The notes: generated by a model not told the origin, from the letters alone. Counted from the stretch's first letter, positions 34,553 to 45,184 are shown. The stretch: DNA of 64,000 bases from Sedimentisphaerales bacterium (GCA_963663965.2 CAXXFK010000007.1:1-64000); one strand, 5' to 3'. Program-made: numbers and translations.

Positions 34553-35173
34553 TTATTTTATGCAACGATACACAAATGCCGGAGGAAAATTGCGCCAGAC
34601 GATTGGGGAACGGCCAAAACCAGCAAAATGGGCTTTTAATTTTCGATAGAATTTCTGGCCGGCCGGTAATAAGAGGCCTTGTAAATAGGCAAAGGTCATA
34701 AATTGGCCACCAGGTTTTAAATTATCAAGGATAGCGCCTAACAGTTCATCCTGAAGATCGTCGCCAAAAGAAGCCCATGGCAGTCCGCAAATAATGGCAT
34801 CGGCTTTATTGGATTGATGCCGGGCCAGATAATCGGCCAACCGGGTCGCGTTGTCCTGATACAGGATTAATTGTGGCAAATGAGCCCGCAAATGATCAGC
34901 CATGACCGGATTGGCTTCGATCGCAAAAAAAATTGTCTGGGGACTTATCCGGCTTAATACGGTTTCGGAAAAGACCCCCGTTCCCGGCCCGAATTCAACG
35001 ATGGTATCAATATTTTTAAAGTCGATCGTTTCGACCATGCGGCGGGCCAGGAATTCTGAACTCGGCACTATGGCTCCGATCTGGCCGGGATGGCGAATAA
35101 ACTGGGTTATAAATGTTAAGGCGGTTTTCATCTTTACGATTATATCGTCCCTGGGCGTCGGGGCCAAACTCAT
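34553..35173 (-). CDS. Phospholipid/ornithine-lipid N-methyltransferase-like protein (COG3963 type); start may be ATG 35131
   Basis: GAIVPSS..LARRM, VEFGPGTG, CGLPW, FAY, VWRNFPPAFVY. Confidence 0.82.
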   Translation of the reverse strand: MSLAPTPRDDIIVKMKTALTFITQFIRHPGQIGAIVPSSEFLARRMVETIDFKNIDTIVEFGPGTGVFSETVLSRISPQTIFFAIEANPVMADHLRAHLPQLILYQDNATRLADYLARHQSNKADAIICGLPWASFGDDLQDELLGAILDNLKPGGQFMTFAYLQGLLLPAGQKFYRKLKAHFAGFGRSPIVWRNFPPAFVYRCIK

Positions 35174-35389
35174 TCTGGCGCGATTTGTCGTCCGATAAAA
35201 TAAAGTTCGATTACAACTGCTATTTCTTAGCTATCTTCCGGTAAGAAAGTTGTCTATACTCATTTTTAAGCGCGGATTCTATTGAATGTCCCCCCATAAA
35301 GTTAGTATTATGGAATCAAGTATCAGAGCCGCAATAAACGATTCTGAAGTTATTTTCAGGCCCCTGCCTCATTACACCAAGGAGAAAAT

Positions 35390-36019
35390 ATGAAGAAAAC
35401 CATCCTGACTTTATTGATTTTGTGTACCGGCTCATTAACAGCCATGGCCAACACAACGATGTTTTTTGATGATTTCAATCAGGAAAGCATTGGTTTGAAA
35501 TACAACAGTTTTTCCAATTGGAATGTCGTACCCAATGAAGGGACCGTTGATGTCATCGGTGTCGGTTCCGGCTGGAATTATTTCCCGGATTATGGCCGCT
35601 ATGTCGATATGGACGGTTCCTCCGGTGACGCTGGAATTATTGAAACCAAAGCCCAGTTTAATCTGGTTGCCGGTGTCACATATCAGCTTTCATTTGACCT
35701 GGCCGGTAATCAGCGCGGATCTCAACAGGATGCCGTTACGGTACAGGTGAACATGGGCGATATATTAAATAGTAATATCTCGCTTGCGTATAACGCGCCT
35801 TTCCAGAATTTTGTTGAAACATTCAGTGTTGCCGACAATACCTCGGCAACCATCAGTTTCGCCGGATTTGGCGGTGACAATGTCGGAATGCTTCTGGACA
35901 ATGTTAAGCTGGAAGCCGTCAATTGCCCTGCCCCGGCGGCAGTACCTGCCCCGGGTGCGATTCTGCTGGGATCGCTGGGCAGCGCACTGGCTGGAATGAT
36001 TCGCAAACGCATTGCCTGA
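35390..36019 (+). CDS. Secreted protein with PEP-CTERM-like (VPAPG) sorting signal
   Basis: Signal peptide, jelly-roll-like body (YQLSFDLAGN, LLDNV), tail VPAPGAILLGSLGSALAGMIRKR; RBS AAGGAG. Confidence 0.85.
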   Translation: MKKTILTLLILCTGSLTAMANTTMFFDDFNQESIGLKYNSFSNWNVVPNEGTVDVIGVGSGWNYFPDYGRYVDMDGSSGDAGIIETKAQFNLVAGVTYQLSFDLAGNQRGSQQDAVTVQVNMGDILNSNISLAYNAPFQNFVETFSVADNTSATISFAGFGGDNVGMLLDNVKLEAVNCPAPAAVPAPGAILLGSLGSALAGMIRKRIA

Positions 36020-36041
36020 AACAAGTAAAACAGAAATTAAG

Positions 36042-36079
36042 CAGGGCGCTTCTGATATCCAGAAAGCGCCCTGTTTTTT
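36042..36079 (+). terminator. Intrinsic terminator
   Basis: CAGGGCGCTTCTG-ATATC-CAGAAAGCGCCCTG-TTTTTT. Confidence 0.85.
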
Positions 36080-36103
36080 CTAATGGTTTATTTTTCTGGC
36101 GAA

Positions 36104-37168
36104 TCAGGTGTTTGCCGAAGCGATGACGCCGCCTTGAGGTAACACTTTCAGAGCCCGAATAACATTGCTGGCAGTGTCAAGCATATAAAGGGTATCGCCG
36201 GCGCTGTTAATAGCGATTGTTACCCGGACACAGCCACCCTTCATCGTCAGGTTGCCAAACGCGCGCTTCAGGTTCCCATCGGTTGAAAAAATCTTCACGC
36301 GCCGCAACGCGGATTCCGAGGCGTACAGATTGCCCTGGTTATCAAAACAGACATTTTTGGGTTCACAACAACCGGAAAACCCTTCCAGCTCATCCCCTTT
36401 TTTGCCGAAACGGGCCACTTCATTGCCGTCACGGTCATATTTTACCACGGCAAATTCACAGTTGGCTGCTCGATAGAGGAAGTCATCGTGACAGGTGATG
36501 TCCTGCTGGCTGCAACATCCGCGCAAGCCATCCAGTATCTGTTTCTGGTTGTCAAAGCTATAATCCATTCGATAAACACTGAAACTGGTTTTATCGCGCA
36601 ATACCACAAAGATATCCTTATCGGTATGTCCCAGGCTGGTTGTGAGTTTGCCGGGGATTTCTCCAGACGCAATGGTGGCGCCGGCCAGATCCATTAGCGC
36701 AATCTGCCCCGGCCCGGCTACGACAAAACGGTCCGCCCCAACCATCTCGACCGCTTGTGGAGAGAAATCCAGCGCCCATTTTGACTTTAGTTTATCGTTG
36801 CTGTCTACATGCCTTACACAGTTGCCCCGCTCGTCACAGACCAGCAGATTGTCTTTGCCATCGATGCAAAAGTTGGATATCCGCTGAGAACGAGTGTCGT
36901 CGCCCAGGCCAATAACACCGGCCAGATCGAAACCGGATTCCGTATCGACATGATAGTCTTTTGCCACCGCCTGGGGCAATTCCTGAGAAGCGGCTTCCTG
37001 GTCAACCGAGGCGTTTTGCTGTTCAATATCGCATTCAATCGGCTGTTCTTCTCCCGCGCCATTCGAAACGGAAACCGTTGGCTCCTGTTTCTCACAACCG
37101 GGAAGACATAATATCCCAAGTCCGAGCAATCCAGCCGCCATCAGGTTAATATACGTTTTCATAGCCAT
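36104..37168 (-). CDS. NHL-repeat beta-propeller lipoprotein with two GCC motifs
   Basis: Lipobox-like LPGC; NHL-like repeats (FDNQGNLYASE..RRVKIF); RGCCSQQD and SGCCEPKN. Confidence 0.75.
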   Translation of the reverse strand: MAMKTYINLMAAGLLGLGILCLPGCEKQEPTVSVSNGAGEEQPIECDIEQQNASVDQEAASQELPQAVAKDYHVDTESGFDLAGVIGLGDDTRSQRISNFCIDGKDNLLVCDERGNCVRHVDSNDKLKSKWALDFSPQAVEMVGADRFVVAGPGQIALMDLAGATIASGEIPGKLTTSLGHTDKDIFVVLRDKTSFSVYRMDYSFDNQKQILDGLRGCCSQQDITCHDDFLYRAANCEFAVVKYDRDGNEVARFGKKGDELEGFSGCCEPKNVCFDNQGNLYASESALRRVKIFSTDGNLKRAFGNLTMKGGCVRVTIAINSAGDTLYMLDTASNVIRALKVLPQGGVIASANT

Positions 37169-37195
37169 TCTCCATAGATAAAGTTGTGATAGATT

Positions 37196-39580
37196 TTAAT
37201 CTTGAGGATAAATAATCAGGCGGTCATGAACCATGACCACCAGATCGTTTTTACCATCGCCCGTCACATCGCCTATTTTTACAGATCGCGGTTCGCCACC
37301 ACTGGCCGTGCGGCGATCCATCAATGACGGCTCATTTTGAGCCAGATCCGCCTCCTCGAATACTTTCAAACGATACGCCCTGACCAAAGTGCCTTGTTCG
37401 TCGAATGTCAAAAGATCGATATGGTTGCCCGCGTGATCTACCGCGAGGATTTCCGGGTAATTATCATTATTGACGTCACCGGTAACCACCAGGCCATATC
37501 GTGTTTTGTCTTCATCGACCGGGTCATAAGCCGCGACCTGACTGGCTAAAGCCACCTGTCCGCTCATCGGGATCTGTATTAATTTATCCGCGCCGCATAA
37601 CATCAGGCTGGGCGTTCCGCCGCCGAAATTGCCGCAGACAATTTTTCGTTCCAATATGGAGCCGATTTCGATTTGCTCGCGCATCCGGTAGATACCATCC
37701 TCGTCGCCAACCAGGATCGATAATTCCCCCCGGGCGTTATCATAAGTGACAATTTCCAGTCCGGGCGTTTCGGTTATAATCTGGCATGCCAGCGCGGTGG
37801 TCAGGTTCGCGTTGTCTTGTTCGGCTTGAAACTGGTCCACCACCTGCCAGCCCTTTTCCGCATCGAAAACGATCGCCCGCGCGAAGTTTTTCTGGGCGAC
37901 CAGGCAGGCCTGCCCGCCATCGGCCCCCAGGTTTGCAACCGATACGGCTTTGGGTGCGATATCGGAAACCAATCCCGCGTTAATTCCCTTGCGCGTTTCT
38001 TCGCCCTGGGGATTGCGATACAACAACAGAGGTTTATAGGGTTGGAAAATCAGCACGTCTGTTTTGCCGTTATGGTCGATATCCACACCACACATGCCCA
38101 CGGGTTTATCGCGCAACGAATTCAGCGGTATGCTTTCCTGGGCTTTTTCCTGATCGGTGCCGGGATGGCTGATGATCCCGAGGTGATAAGCTTTCTTTTC
38201 ATCCCGGAATACATAAACCAGGTCCTGCCGGCCATCGCCATCGAAATCCATTGCGTCAAAGGCCTGGGGTTCGCCCGCCAGCTGTACGGTTTGTGGATAA
38301 ATTAGTCGCCCATTCTCATAGTGTGTCAAACCAATCAGCTTTTCGTCATAGCTGAAAACGGCAAGCCTGTCTTTTGATTCGCCGGGTTGACGAAATGCGA
38401 CCACGCCGCGCATATCGCGGAATCCGGGAAATGTTTCCGGGTCTGAAAGCCGGCCTTTGCCATCCGCCAGGCATACCCAGAAAGTCGCCTGATCCGGACT
38501 GGTCACAATCATATCCAGCAGGCCGTCGCCGTTGATGTCGGCGGCAGCGATATCAACATTATCTTTTTTGCCGGCGGTTGGCAGTGGATAGGTAAGGACG
38601 GGCTTGGCTCGTTTTTCTTCCTGTTGTGACAGTTGATATAAAACAATCCGATGGCTCTTGGCGGCAATGGTCGTAAAGATACTTTTGACGCGATCTTTGG
38701 CGAGTGGCGCGGTCTCCATCGATAGCGCAAAGGGCATTTCAAGCCGTATTTCCGGCCCCAAACTGCCATGGGCGGTCTGCAACCGTACGCGAACCGGATA
38801 ATCTTCAACGGCGGCAGTCAGTAAAACCAGATCATCCCGTTTATCGCCATTGACATCGGCGATATCGACCTGACGCAGTTTGCCTGAGGCACTGTAATGC
38901 CGCACGGGTTCTGATAAACCATCCTGGCCCTGCAGCAAAACGAAAACGCTGTCCTGTGCCAGAACGACCAGATCGTCTTTCTGATCATGGTTTAAATCCC
39001 CGCAGGCCAGGGCGGACGACGTGGGCAAGCCTTCCCGAATGTCAATTTTTCGATCAGGTTTCCATTGGGGCGCGACAGGGTCTTTGCTGTCGGAGGGTTT
39101 GGATTGATCGGGCTTTTCCTGTAAGATCAGTCGCAAACCCTCGTCCCGGGTATACAAAGCAAAGTCTAAAATATGGTCGTTGTTGAAATCACCAACTTGT
39201 ACTGATTCGACTTGCCAGTTCAGTGGGAATAATACCCGTTTAAAACGCCAGTTTTTTTCGCGTGCGAAGATATCGTTGATGTCATCTTCCTGGGGTTCCA
39301 ATTCAACGGTTCCCGGATCGAAGTTTTTTTTCTGCAGCAGCAAATCCAGACGGCTATTGCGGTTGTTCAATAAGATCAGATCGTTTAAGCCGTCGTGATT
39401 GATATCGCATACGAGTGGCGGATCAATGCCCGGACCCAGTTTTAAAACTTCCATTTCTCCAAAACCGTAATAATCTTCCCAGTTAACGTTGTCAATTGCC
39501 AGGCAGACCGTGACGCATCCAAACACGAGACAAAAAAAGCTTGTCGAAAATAACCACTTCTGCAATACAGTTTTTGACAT
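37196..39580 (-). CDS. Secreted FG-GAP/VCBS repeat protein
   Basis: Many DxNxDGxxD repeats (DINHDGLND, DVNGDKRDD, DINGDGLLD, DFDGDGRQD, DVTGDGKND). Start at ATG 39580 after GAGGT. Confidence 0.9.
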   Translation of the reverse strand: MSKTVLQKWLFSTSFFCLVFGCVTVCLAIDNVNWEDYYGFGEMEVLKLGPGIDPPLVCDINHDGLNDLILLNNRNSRLDLLLQKKNFDPGTVELEPQEDDINDIFAREKNWRFKRVLFPLNWQVESVQVGDFNNDHILDFALYTRDEGLRLILQEKPDQSKPSDSKDPVAPQWKPDRKIDIREGLPTSSALACGDLNHDQKDDLVVLAQDSVFVLLQGQDGLSEPVRHYSASGKLRQVDIADVNGDKRDDLVLLTAAVEDYPVRVRLQTAHGSLGPEIRLEMPFALSMETAPLAKDRVKSIFTTIAAKSHRIVLYQLSQQEEKRAKPVLTYPLPTAGKKDNVDIAAADINGDGLLDMIVTSPDQATFWVCLADGKGRLSDPETFPGFRDMRGVVAFRQPGESKDRLAVFSYDEKLIGLTHYENGRLIYPQTVQLAGEPQAFDAMDFDGDGRQDLVYVFRDEKKAYHLGIISHPGTDQEKAQESIPLNSLRDKPVGMCGVDIDHNGKTDVLIFQPYKPLLLYRNPQGEETRKGINAGLVSDIAPKAVSVANLGADGGQACLVAQKNFARAIVFDAEKGWQVVDQFQAEQDNANLTTALACQIITETPGLEIVTYDNARGELSILVGDEDGIYRMREQIEIGSILERKIVCGNFGGGTPSLMLCGADKLIQIPMSGQVALASQVAAYDPVDEDKTRYGLVVTGDVNNDNYPEILAVDHAGNHIDLLTFDEQGTLVRAYRLKVFEEADLAQNEPSLMDRRTASGGEPRSVKIGDVTGDGKNDLVVMVHDRLIIYPQD

Positions 39581-39767
39581 AATACACCTCTTCCCTGTAG
39601 TCAATGCCGGGTTGTGAAGGTTACAATAATTTTACATAATTTTTACGGGCCGTCATTTTTGTCAGGCAATCCCATATTACAAATCAAATTTATTTGTTGC
39701 TATAGAATAGGGCTTGCTCTATCATTTGTAAATAGTTATATTGACAAAAAATGAAAGGGATAAGGAT

Positions 39768-40733
39768 ATGAATCCACGCATCACAGTTAAAGTTCTGGTT
39801 ATTGTTGGTTGCTTTTTTTCTATCGGGTATGCGCTTGATACCGTTTCTCTCAAGGATGGATTTGAACTTAAAGGGGACATTCTTAAACAAACCGACAAAC
39901 ACCTGGTTATCGATATGGGCTTTGATGTCCTGTCAATACCACAAACATCGGTGATCAAAACGGTTAAAGATGATGTGGCTGCCGCCCAGGCAATCGTGTC
40001 TGAACACAAGCGGCCCGATTGGCAACTCTACCATACTGCCAGCCTTCAAACCGATACGATTGAAAAACATTCTGAAAGATCTGGCGAAGCGGTTGTTATG
40101 GTTACCAGCCCGGGTGGACAGGGATCCGGTTTTATTATTAATGAACAGGGATATCTGATTACCAACTTTCATGTGATTCGCGGAGAAACCAAACTGAAAA
40201 TCACGGTTTTTTGTAAAAACAAAAATGGCTATGAGCAAAAAGTATATAAAAAAGTCAGGATCGTTGCCTTTAATCCGTTGTGGGATCTGGCTTTGCTGAA
40301 AATCGAAGAGGCGGATGCGCCGTTTAAATATGTCTGTCTGGGCGACACCGGCAAGGTGGAAGCAGGGCAGGAAGTGTTTGCGATTGGCAATCCTCTGGGC
40401 CTGACCCGTACCGTCAGCCAGGGGATCGTTTCCACGCCCAACCGCAATTATGAAAGCCAGCTTTACATACAGACCACTGCCGATATCAATCCAGGCAATT
40501 CCGGCGGGCCGTTGTTTAATATGAAAGGAGAAGTAATTGGCGTTACTTCCAGCGGCTATATTTATCTCAGCGGCCTTAATTTTGCGATCACTTCGGATAC
40601 CGTCAAAAACTTTATCAATAATCGTGACGCGTTCGCCTATGACGAACGCAATCCCAATGCCGGGTACCGATACGTTCAACCGACCGGAAGAAAAAATAAA
40701 ACCAATCCTCCCGCCCCCAAGATTCCCTTTTAA
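39768..40733 (+). CDS. Trypsin-like (S1C, PDZ-less) serine protease
   Basis: GSGF, TNFHV (His), DLALLK (Asp), NPGNSGGPL (Ser); signal peptide. Confidence 0.92.
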   Translation: MNPRITVKVLVIVGCFFSIGYALDTVSLKDGFELKGDILKQTDKHLVIDMGFDVLSIPQTSVIKTVKDDVAAAQAIVSEHKRPDWQLYHTASLQTDTIEKHSERSGEAVVMVTSPGGQGSGFIINEQGYLITNFHVIRGETKLKITVFCKNKNGYEQKVYKKVRIVAFNPLWDLALLKIEEADAPFKYVCLGDTGKVEAGQEVFAIGNPLGLTRTVSQGIVSTPNRNYESQLYIQTTADINPGNSGGPLFNMKGEVIGVTSSGYIYLSGLNFAITSDTVKNFINNRDAFAYDERNPNAGYRYVQPTGRKNKTNPPAPKIPF

Positions 40734-40805
40734 AGCGATTAATTGCTTTCAGTTGTCAACATATTACAAGAGTGCAATAAACTCAGAAAATCGGAAAGTC
40801 CTGCC

Positions 40806-42809
40806 ATGAAGCTCAAAAACCATCTTATTGTTGTATTGATCCTGACCCTGTGTGTCATTGCCGGCGCCCAGACCGAACAGGCCGTTGAAAAGGCGCGTTG
40901 GTTTGGGCGGGATACGATTGTCTATGCCTGGGCCAATGATATTGACGCGATCGTTGCAAAAGTCCAGAAGACCTCGCTTTATGATTTTTATACCGCGCCC
41001 GAACTGCACGAATTCATGACCGGGGCCAAAGAAAAACTTCAGAAACGGTTTGATAATACTCTCAAAGATGTATGGCAGGAAATGGGCATTGAGGAGCCTC
41101 CTCAGCAATTGCCCTGGCCTCATGGCCAGATTGTCTTTGGACTGTTTTTGCAATCACGCACCGTTATGGTGCCGGACTGGTCTAAATGGCACGGACCGTC
41201 TGATGAAGAAGTTGAACTTGATATGAATTCTTTCCGGGCGCCCCTTCTCGATGAAGAGGATGAGTTTGATTTAACCGAAGAAGATTTCATGACGGATTTC
41301 GATCCGGATAAGCTTCCTAAAGTCGAACAAACAGTACCCGATTTCCAGATGGTCGCTGTGATAGAGATGGGTGAGAGTATGGCGCAGGCGCGCGAACTGT
41401 TCGGTCAATTGATTGAAAAGCTAAGCGATAAAGAAGAAATCATCCTGCAACGGGAAACCATAGAGGGTTGTGAAGCTTTTCTGCTGAAAGACCAGCCGGA
41501 AGACGATCCCGATTTTGATGTCCCGATGATAGCTTTCAGTAATGATCGCATTATCGTGGGGTCCAGTTTAAAATACCTGACCCAGGTGATCCGGGCCATG
41601 GAAGAACCCGCTGAAGACAATGTTGCCGATAATCCTCATTTCCGCCGGATTGACCGGGTGTTTGACGCTTCTGATGTTTTGGTGTTTGCCGATGTTCCCA
41701 AGATAATCCGAACCCTGAGTCAGATTACCCCGGAAGATGAGCGGGAGGCCATGCAAACGGCCATGACTCAGTTTGGTGTGGATAATCTGGTCGGAGTCGG
41801 CCTGACAGTCCAAATGCCCGCGGACCAACCCCAGCAGATGCAATATAAGATGTTGGCCATGCTCGATGGCGAACCCCAGGGTCTTTTTAAAATCTTGGCG
41901 CCCGAAACCAGGCCGCTTCGCCTGAATCGATTTATGGCGCGCGATGTCGCCGCCTGGATGAGCGTGAACTACAATCTGGCCAAACTCTATAATGATATTA
42001 CCGGCCTGGTATGGACCATGAGCAATATGGACGTCGCCACGATGCTGGAAGGCGGCCTGCTCAAAACGGGGGATCCGGCCTCCGGTGTGGCTGCGGTTAA
42101 TTTGAAAAATGATATCATGGGTCAACTGGACGCGCCGGTCAGCGTGGTAATGACCATTGAAAAACCGCTTAATATTGAAAAATCTCAAAAAGGGTTAGTG
42201 GCCATTCAAGTACGCGATTCCCAGCGGTTGGATCAGAGTCTGGCGCGGATTTACAAAACGTTTATTGCTCCGGATGATGACGATGCGGTACAAAAGGTCA
42301 ATGGCCGCAGCCTCTATACCCTGCCACTCGGCAATTTGCTAACGGCATTTGCTGTGGCGGATGATAATTTTGTTTTTGGCGATACCAATCAGGTTCGTCA
42401 GACATTGCGGAATCTTGGGCGCGACGACATTGAAAGTGTTAGTTTGAGTCCTATGTTCCAGTATGCCAGGCGGTTTTTGCCGGAACAGGCCGGCGCGTAC
42501 TTCTACGAAGATTCCCGCAAAGGCATGGAGTTGGCCTGGCATGCCCTGAAGGAGGAAATTCTTAATCATGCCGCCAATAACAGCGCTGATGCCGACCCGG
42601 ATGATGACGCGAAAATTGAGCTTAACCTGGAATTGACCAGCAATCCGGTTGAACAGATTATCAATGAGTTCAAAGATATCGCGGCCCGTTCCAATCTGCC
42701 GGATTTCCAGGCCATCGAAAAATATTTCGGACCAACGGTCGGCTATTTCTCGGTTACCGGTGATGGGTTCTATTTTGAAATTTCCGGCCTGCGCCCTCCC
42801 AAAGATTGA
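40806..42809 (+). CDS. Secreted DUF3352-like acidic protein
   Basis: Signal peptide from ATG 40806; duplicated alpha/beta module (AFSNDRIIVGS; AVADDNFVFG); acidic insert. Confidence 0.55.
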   Translation: MKLKNHLIVVLILTLCVIAGAQTEQAVEKARWFGRDTIVYAWANDIDAIVAKVQKTSLYDFYTAPELHEFMTGAKEKLQKRFDNTLKDVWQEMGIEEPPQQLPWPHGQIVFGLFLQSRTVMVPDWSKWHGPSDEEVELDMNSFRAPLLDEEDEFDLTEEDFMTDFDPDKLPKVEQTVPDFQMVAVIEMGESMAQARELFGQLIEKLSDKEEIILQRETIEGCEAFLLKDQPEDDPDFDVPMIAFSNDRIIVGSSLKYLTQVIRAMEEPAEDNVADNPHFRRIDRVFDASDVLVFADVPKIIRTLSQITPEDEREAMQTAMTQFGVDNLVGVGLTVQMPADQPQQMQYKMLAMLDGEPQGLFKILAPETRPLRLNRFMARDVAAWMSVNYNLAKLYNDITGLVWTMSNMDVATMLEGGLLKTGDPASGVAAVNLKNDIMGQLDAPVSVVMTIEKPLNIEKSQKGLVAIQVRDSQRLDQSLARIYKTFIAPDDDDAVQKVNGRSLYTLPLGNLLTAFAVADDNFVFGDTNQVRQTLRNLGRDDIESVSLSPMFQYARRFLPEQAGAYFYEDSRKGMELAWHALKEEILNHAANNSADADPDDDAKIELNLELTSNPVEQIINEFKDIAARSNLPDFQAIEKYFGPTVGYFSVTGDGFYFEISGLRPPKD

Positions 42810-42853
42810 CATCTTGACTTTTGGAAACATCGCGTAATCAATAAATATTCATG

Positions 42854-42892
42854 CGTCCCGGACTTGTAGAATCAGCAAGCCGGGACGTTTTT
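42854..42892 (+). terminator. Intrinsic terminator
   Basis: CGTCCCGG-A-CTTG...CAAG-CCGGGACG-TTTTT between convergent genes. Confidence 0.75.
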
Positions 42893-42905
42893 ATTGGCGG
42901 ACCGT

Positions 42906-43511
42906 TTAATCGCATTGCTCCAATACCGCCCGGCACGGCGCACCTTCCAGGCCGGTCAGTTTCAGCGGCAAACACCATAACCGATAGCGGCCCTCAGTCA
43001 CCCGGCTCAAATTCAAACACTCCAATAGCGCCACTTCCGCACCCAGTAATATTGTGTGACAGGCCATGTCTTCACCCATTTCAACACTCAGCCGATCGAT
43101 CCCCACCAGGGTGGTTCCGATTTCCACCAAACGCCTGGCGGCCCCTGGTGTCATATCGCCAAACGCCCGGCTCGGCTTTTGGGGATCAACCGTTTTGAAC
43201 AGTATCCGTTTCGTGCCGGGAAGAACAAATTCGTCTATGATCGATTCGTTGATTTGATGGAATTTTACCGCGTTGATTACCAGGCATTCGCCATAAAACC
43301 GATCCAGGCCCATTTGATCGATGGTTTTTCCTCCAGCGACATAATGAGCCGGGGCATCCAGATGGGTTCCGGTATGCACCATCATCCGCAATTGGTTCAG
43401 GCAGTGATGGCTGCCCGCCTCAAACGATGCCAGGCATTCCGATTCGAAAGGCGGATCGCCTGGATATACCGGTGTATTAGAATTCACATCGACCGAGATA
43501 TCAATCAACAT
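42906..43511 (-). CDS. Cyclase family metal hydrolase (kynurenine formamidase-like)
   Basis: PVYPGDP, HTGTHLDAPAH, VGID, EGAPCRAV. Confidence 0.9.
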   Translation of the reverse strand: MLIDISVDVNSNTPVYPGDPPFESECLASFEAGSHHCLNQLRMMVHTGTHLDAPAHYVAGGKTIDQMGLDRFYGECLVINAVKFHQINESIIDEFVLPGTKRILFKTVDPQKPSRAFGDMTPGAARRLVEIGTTLVGIDRLSVEMGEDMACHTILLGAEVALLECLNLSRVTEGRYRLWCLPLKLTGLEGAPCRAVLEQCD

Positions 43512-43520
43512 AAAGGCCCC

Positions 43521-43754
43521 TTATTTTTTGAAATGATTTATTAGCCATACGATTAATGTCAGGATTGCAGATAACACCAGGCAACTTACAATCGGAAAAT
43601 AGAATTTAAAATGATCGCCTTCAATCCGGATGTCACCCGGGAGCTTAAACAATCCAAGCCTGCTCAATACCAGCACAACGATTCCCACCCCCACCAATAT
43701 CGATCCAAGGATAATGATCAGTTTGCCGATTTGTTCTGGTTCAAAATCGCTCAT
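43521..43754 (-). CDS. DUF2905 small membrane protein
   Basis: GKLIIILG...KLPGDI...FYFPIVSCLVLS. Confidence 0.85.
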   Translation of the reverse strand: MSDFEPEQIGKLIIILGSILVGVGIVVLVLSRLGLFKLPGDIRIEGDHFKFYFPIVSCLVLSAILTLIVWLINHFKK

Positions 43755-43894
43755 AAGTCCTTATTATAACACTTTGTTTTCGGTATCGCAATGCGCCTTA
43801 TTCCCAGCGGTTACAGCTGTCATAAATGCGCTTTTCATAGAGCGTTTTAACGTTATAATGACATAAAATTGTATGTTTTTCCCAGGAGTTCACA

Positions 43895-45184
43895 ATGAAA
43901 GATTATTTTCGGGCCCTAATGTTAGTGTCATGCTTATTGATTTTTCAATCGCTATGTTTCATTCAACGAACGATTGCCGCGGATACGCAACCGGTTGTCA
44001 GGCAAATTACTCAAGGGCCCGGATTTTACTGGTTTGGTTACTACGATAAATGGCAGTTTGATCCGACAGATCGTTTTGTATTAGCGATGCGGGCCGATTT
44101 CGAAGGCCGCAGTCCGCGCCCGGACGATACCATTGAAATTGGCATGGTCGATCTGGGCGACAATGACCGCTGGATCAATCTGGGCCGGTCTGGCGCCTGG
44201 AGTTGGCAGCAGGGCTGTATGCTCCAGTGGCGGCCCGGATCGATGTCTGAAGTGGTCTGGAATGATCGTGAGGGCGATCATTTTGTCTGCCGCGTTATGG
44301 ATGTATTGACGCGCGAAATCCGTACGATTCCCAATCCAATCTATGCACTGAGCCCAGATGGCAAAACCGCCGTTACGGCCGATTTTCGCCGTATTCAAGA
44401 TACCCGACCCGGTTATGGGTATGCCGGCCTGTCTGATCCATATAAGTCGGAATCCGCGCCCCAACAGTCCGGCATCTGGCGCGTTGATCTGGATACCGGG
44501 TCATCCCGGCTAATCGTATCGCTCGCCGATATTGCCGCCTTGCCCCATGAGTTTGGTGAGCCCGGTGAATTCGATAATGCCAAACACTGGTTCAATCACT
44601 TACTGTTTAATACCGATGGCACGCGTTTTGTCTTTTTACACCGCTGGAAACCTGCCGACGGCTCTAAATATCGCGGCGTTGGCGGCTTTGGCACTCGCAT
44701 GCTCACCGCCAATCCGGATGGATCCGATATTCGGATCGTCGATCCTTATGGAAAAACATCTCACTTCATCTGGCGTGATCCCAGCCATATTCTGGCCTGG
44801 GCCTGGCACCCATCGCACCAAAACGCGTTTTACCTTTATGAAGATGGATCGGAGGATGTCCAGATTGTTGGTCAGGGTATTATGACCCTCAATGGCCATT
44901 GTACTTATCTGCCCAATACGGATAATCAATGGATTCTCAATGACACCTACCCCGACTCCAATCGTAATCAGAATGTGTATCTTTATCATATCTCCACCAA
45001 TGAACGGATCTGGCTGGGCCATTTCAACTCGCCAAAATCATACCAGGGCGAATGGCGTTGTGATACCCATCCCCGCTACAGCCATTCCGGTCGCCGGGTG
45101 TGTATTGACTCTACGCATACAAATGCCGGCCGGCAACTTTTTTTGATTGATATGGATCACATTTTCAAGGCTAAAAACCAATAG
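43895..45184 (+). CDS. Secreted TolB/oligogalacturonate-lyase-like beta-propeller protein
   Basis: FGYYDK, AWSWQQG, HWFNH, DTYPD, RCDTHPR, IDS motifs. Confidence 0.65.
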   Translation: MKDYFRALMLVSCLLIFQSLCFIQRTIAADTQPVVRQITQGPGFYWFGYYDKWQFDPTDRFVLAMRADFEGRSPRPDDTIEIGMVDLGDNDRWINLGRSGAWSWQQGCMLQWRPGSMSEVVWNDREGDHFVCRVMDVLTREIRTIPNPIYALSPDGKTAVTADFRRIQDTRPGYGYAGLSDPYKSESAPQQSGIWRVDLDTGSSRLIVSLADIAALPHEFGEPGEFDNAKHWFNHLLFNTDGTRFVFLHRWKPADGSKYRGVGGFGTRMLTANPDGSDIRIVDPYGKTSHFIWRDPSHILAWAWHPSHQNAFYLYEDGSEDVQIVGQGIMTLNGHCTYLPNTDNQWILNDTYPDSNRNQNVYLYHISTNERIWLGHFNSPKSYQGEWRCDTHPRYSHSGRRVCIDSTHTNAGRQLFLIDMDHIFKAKNQ

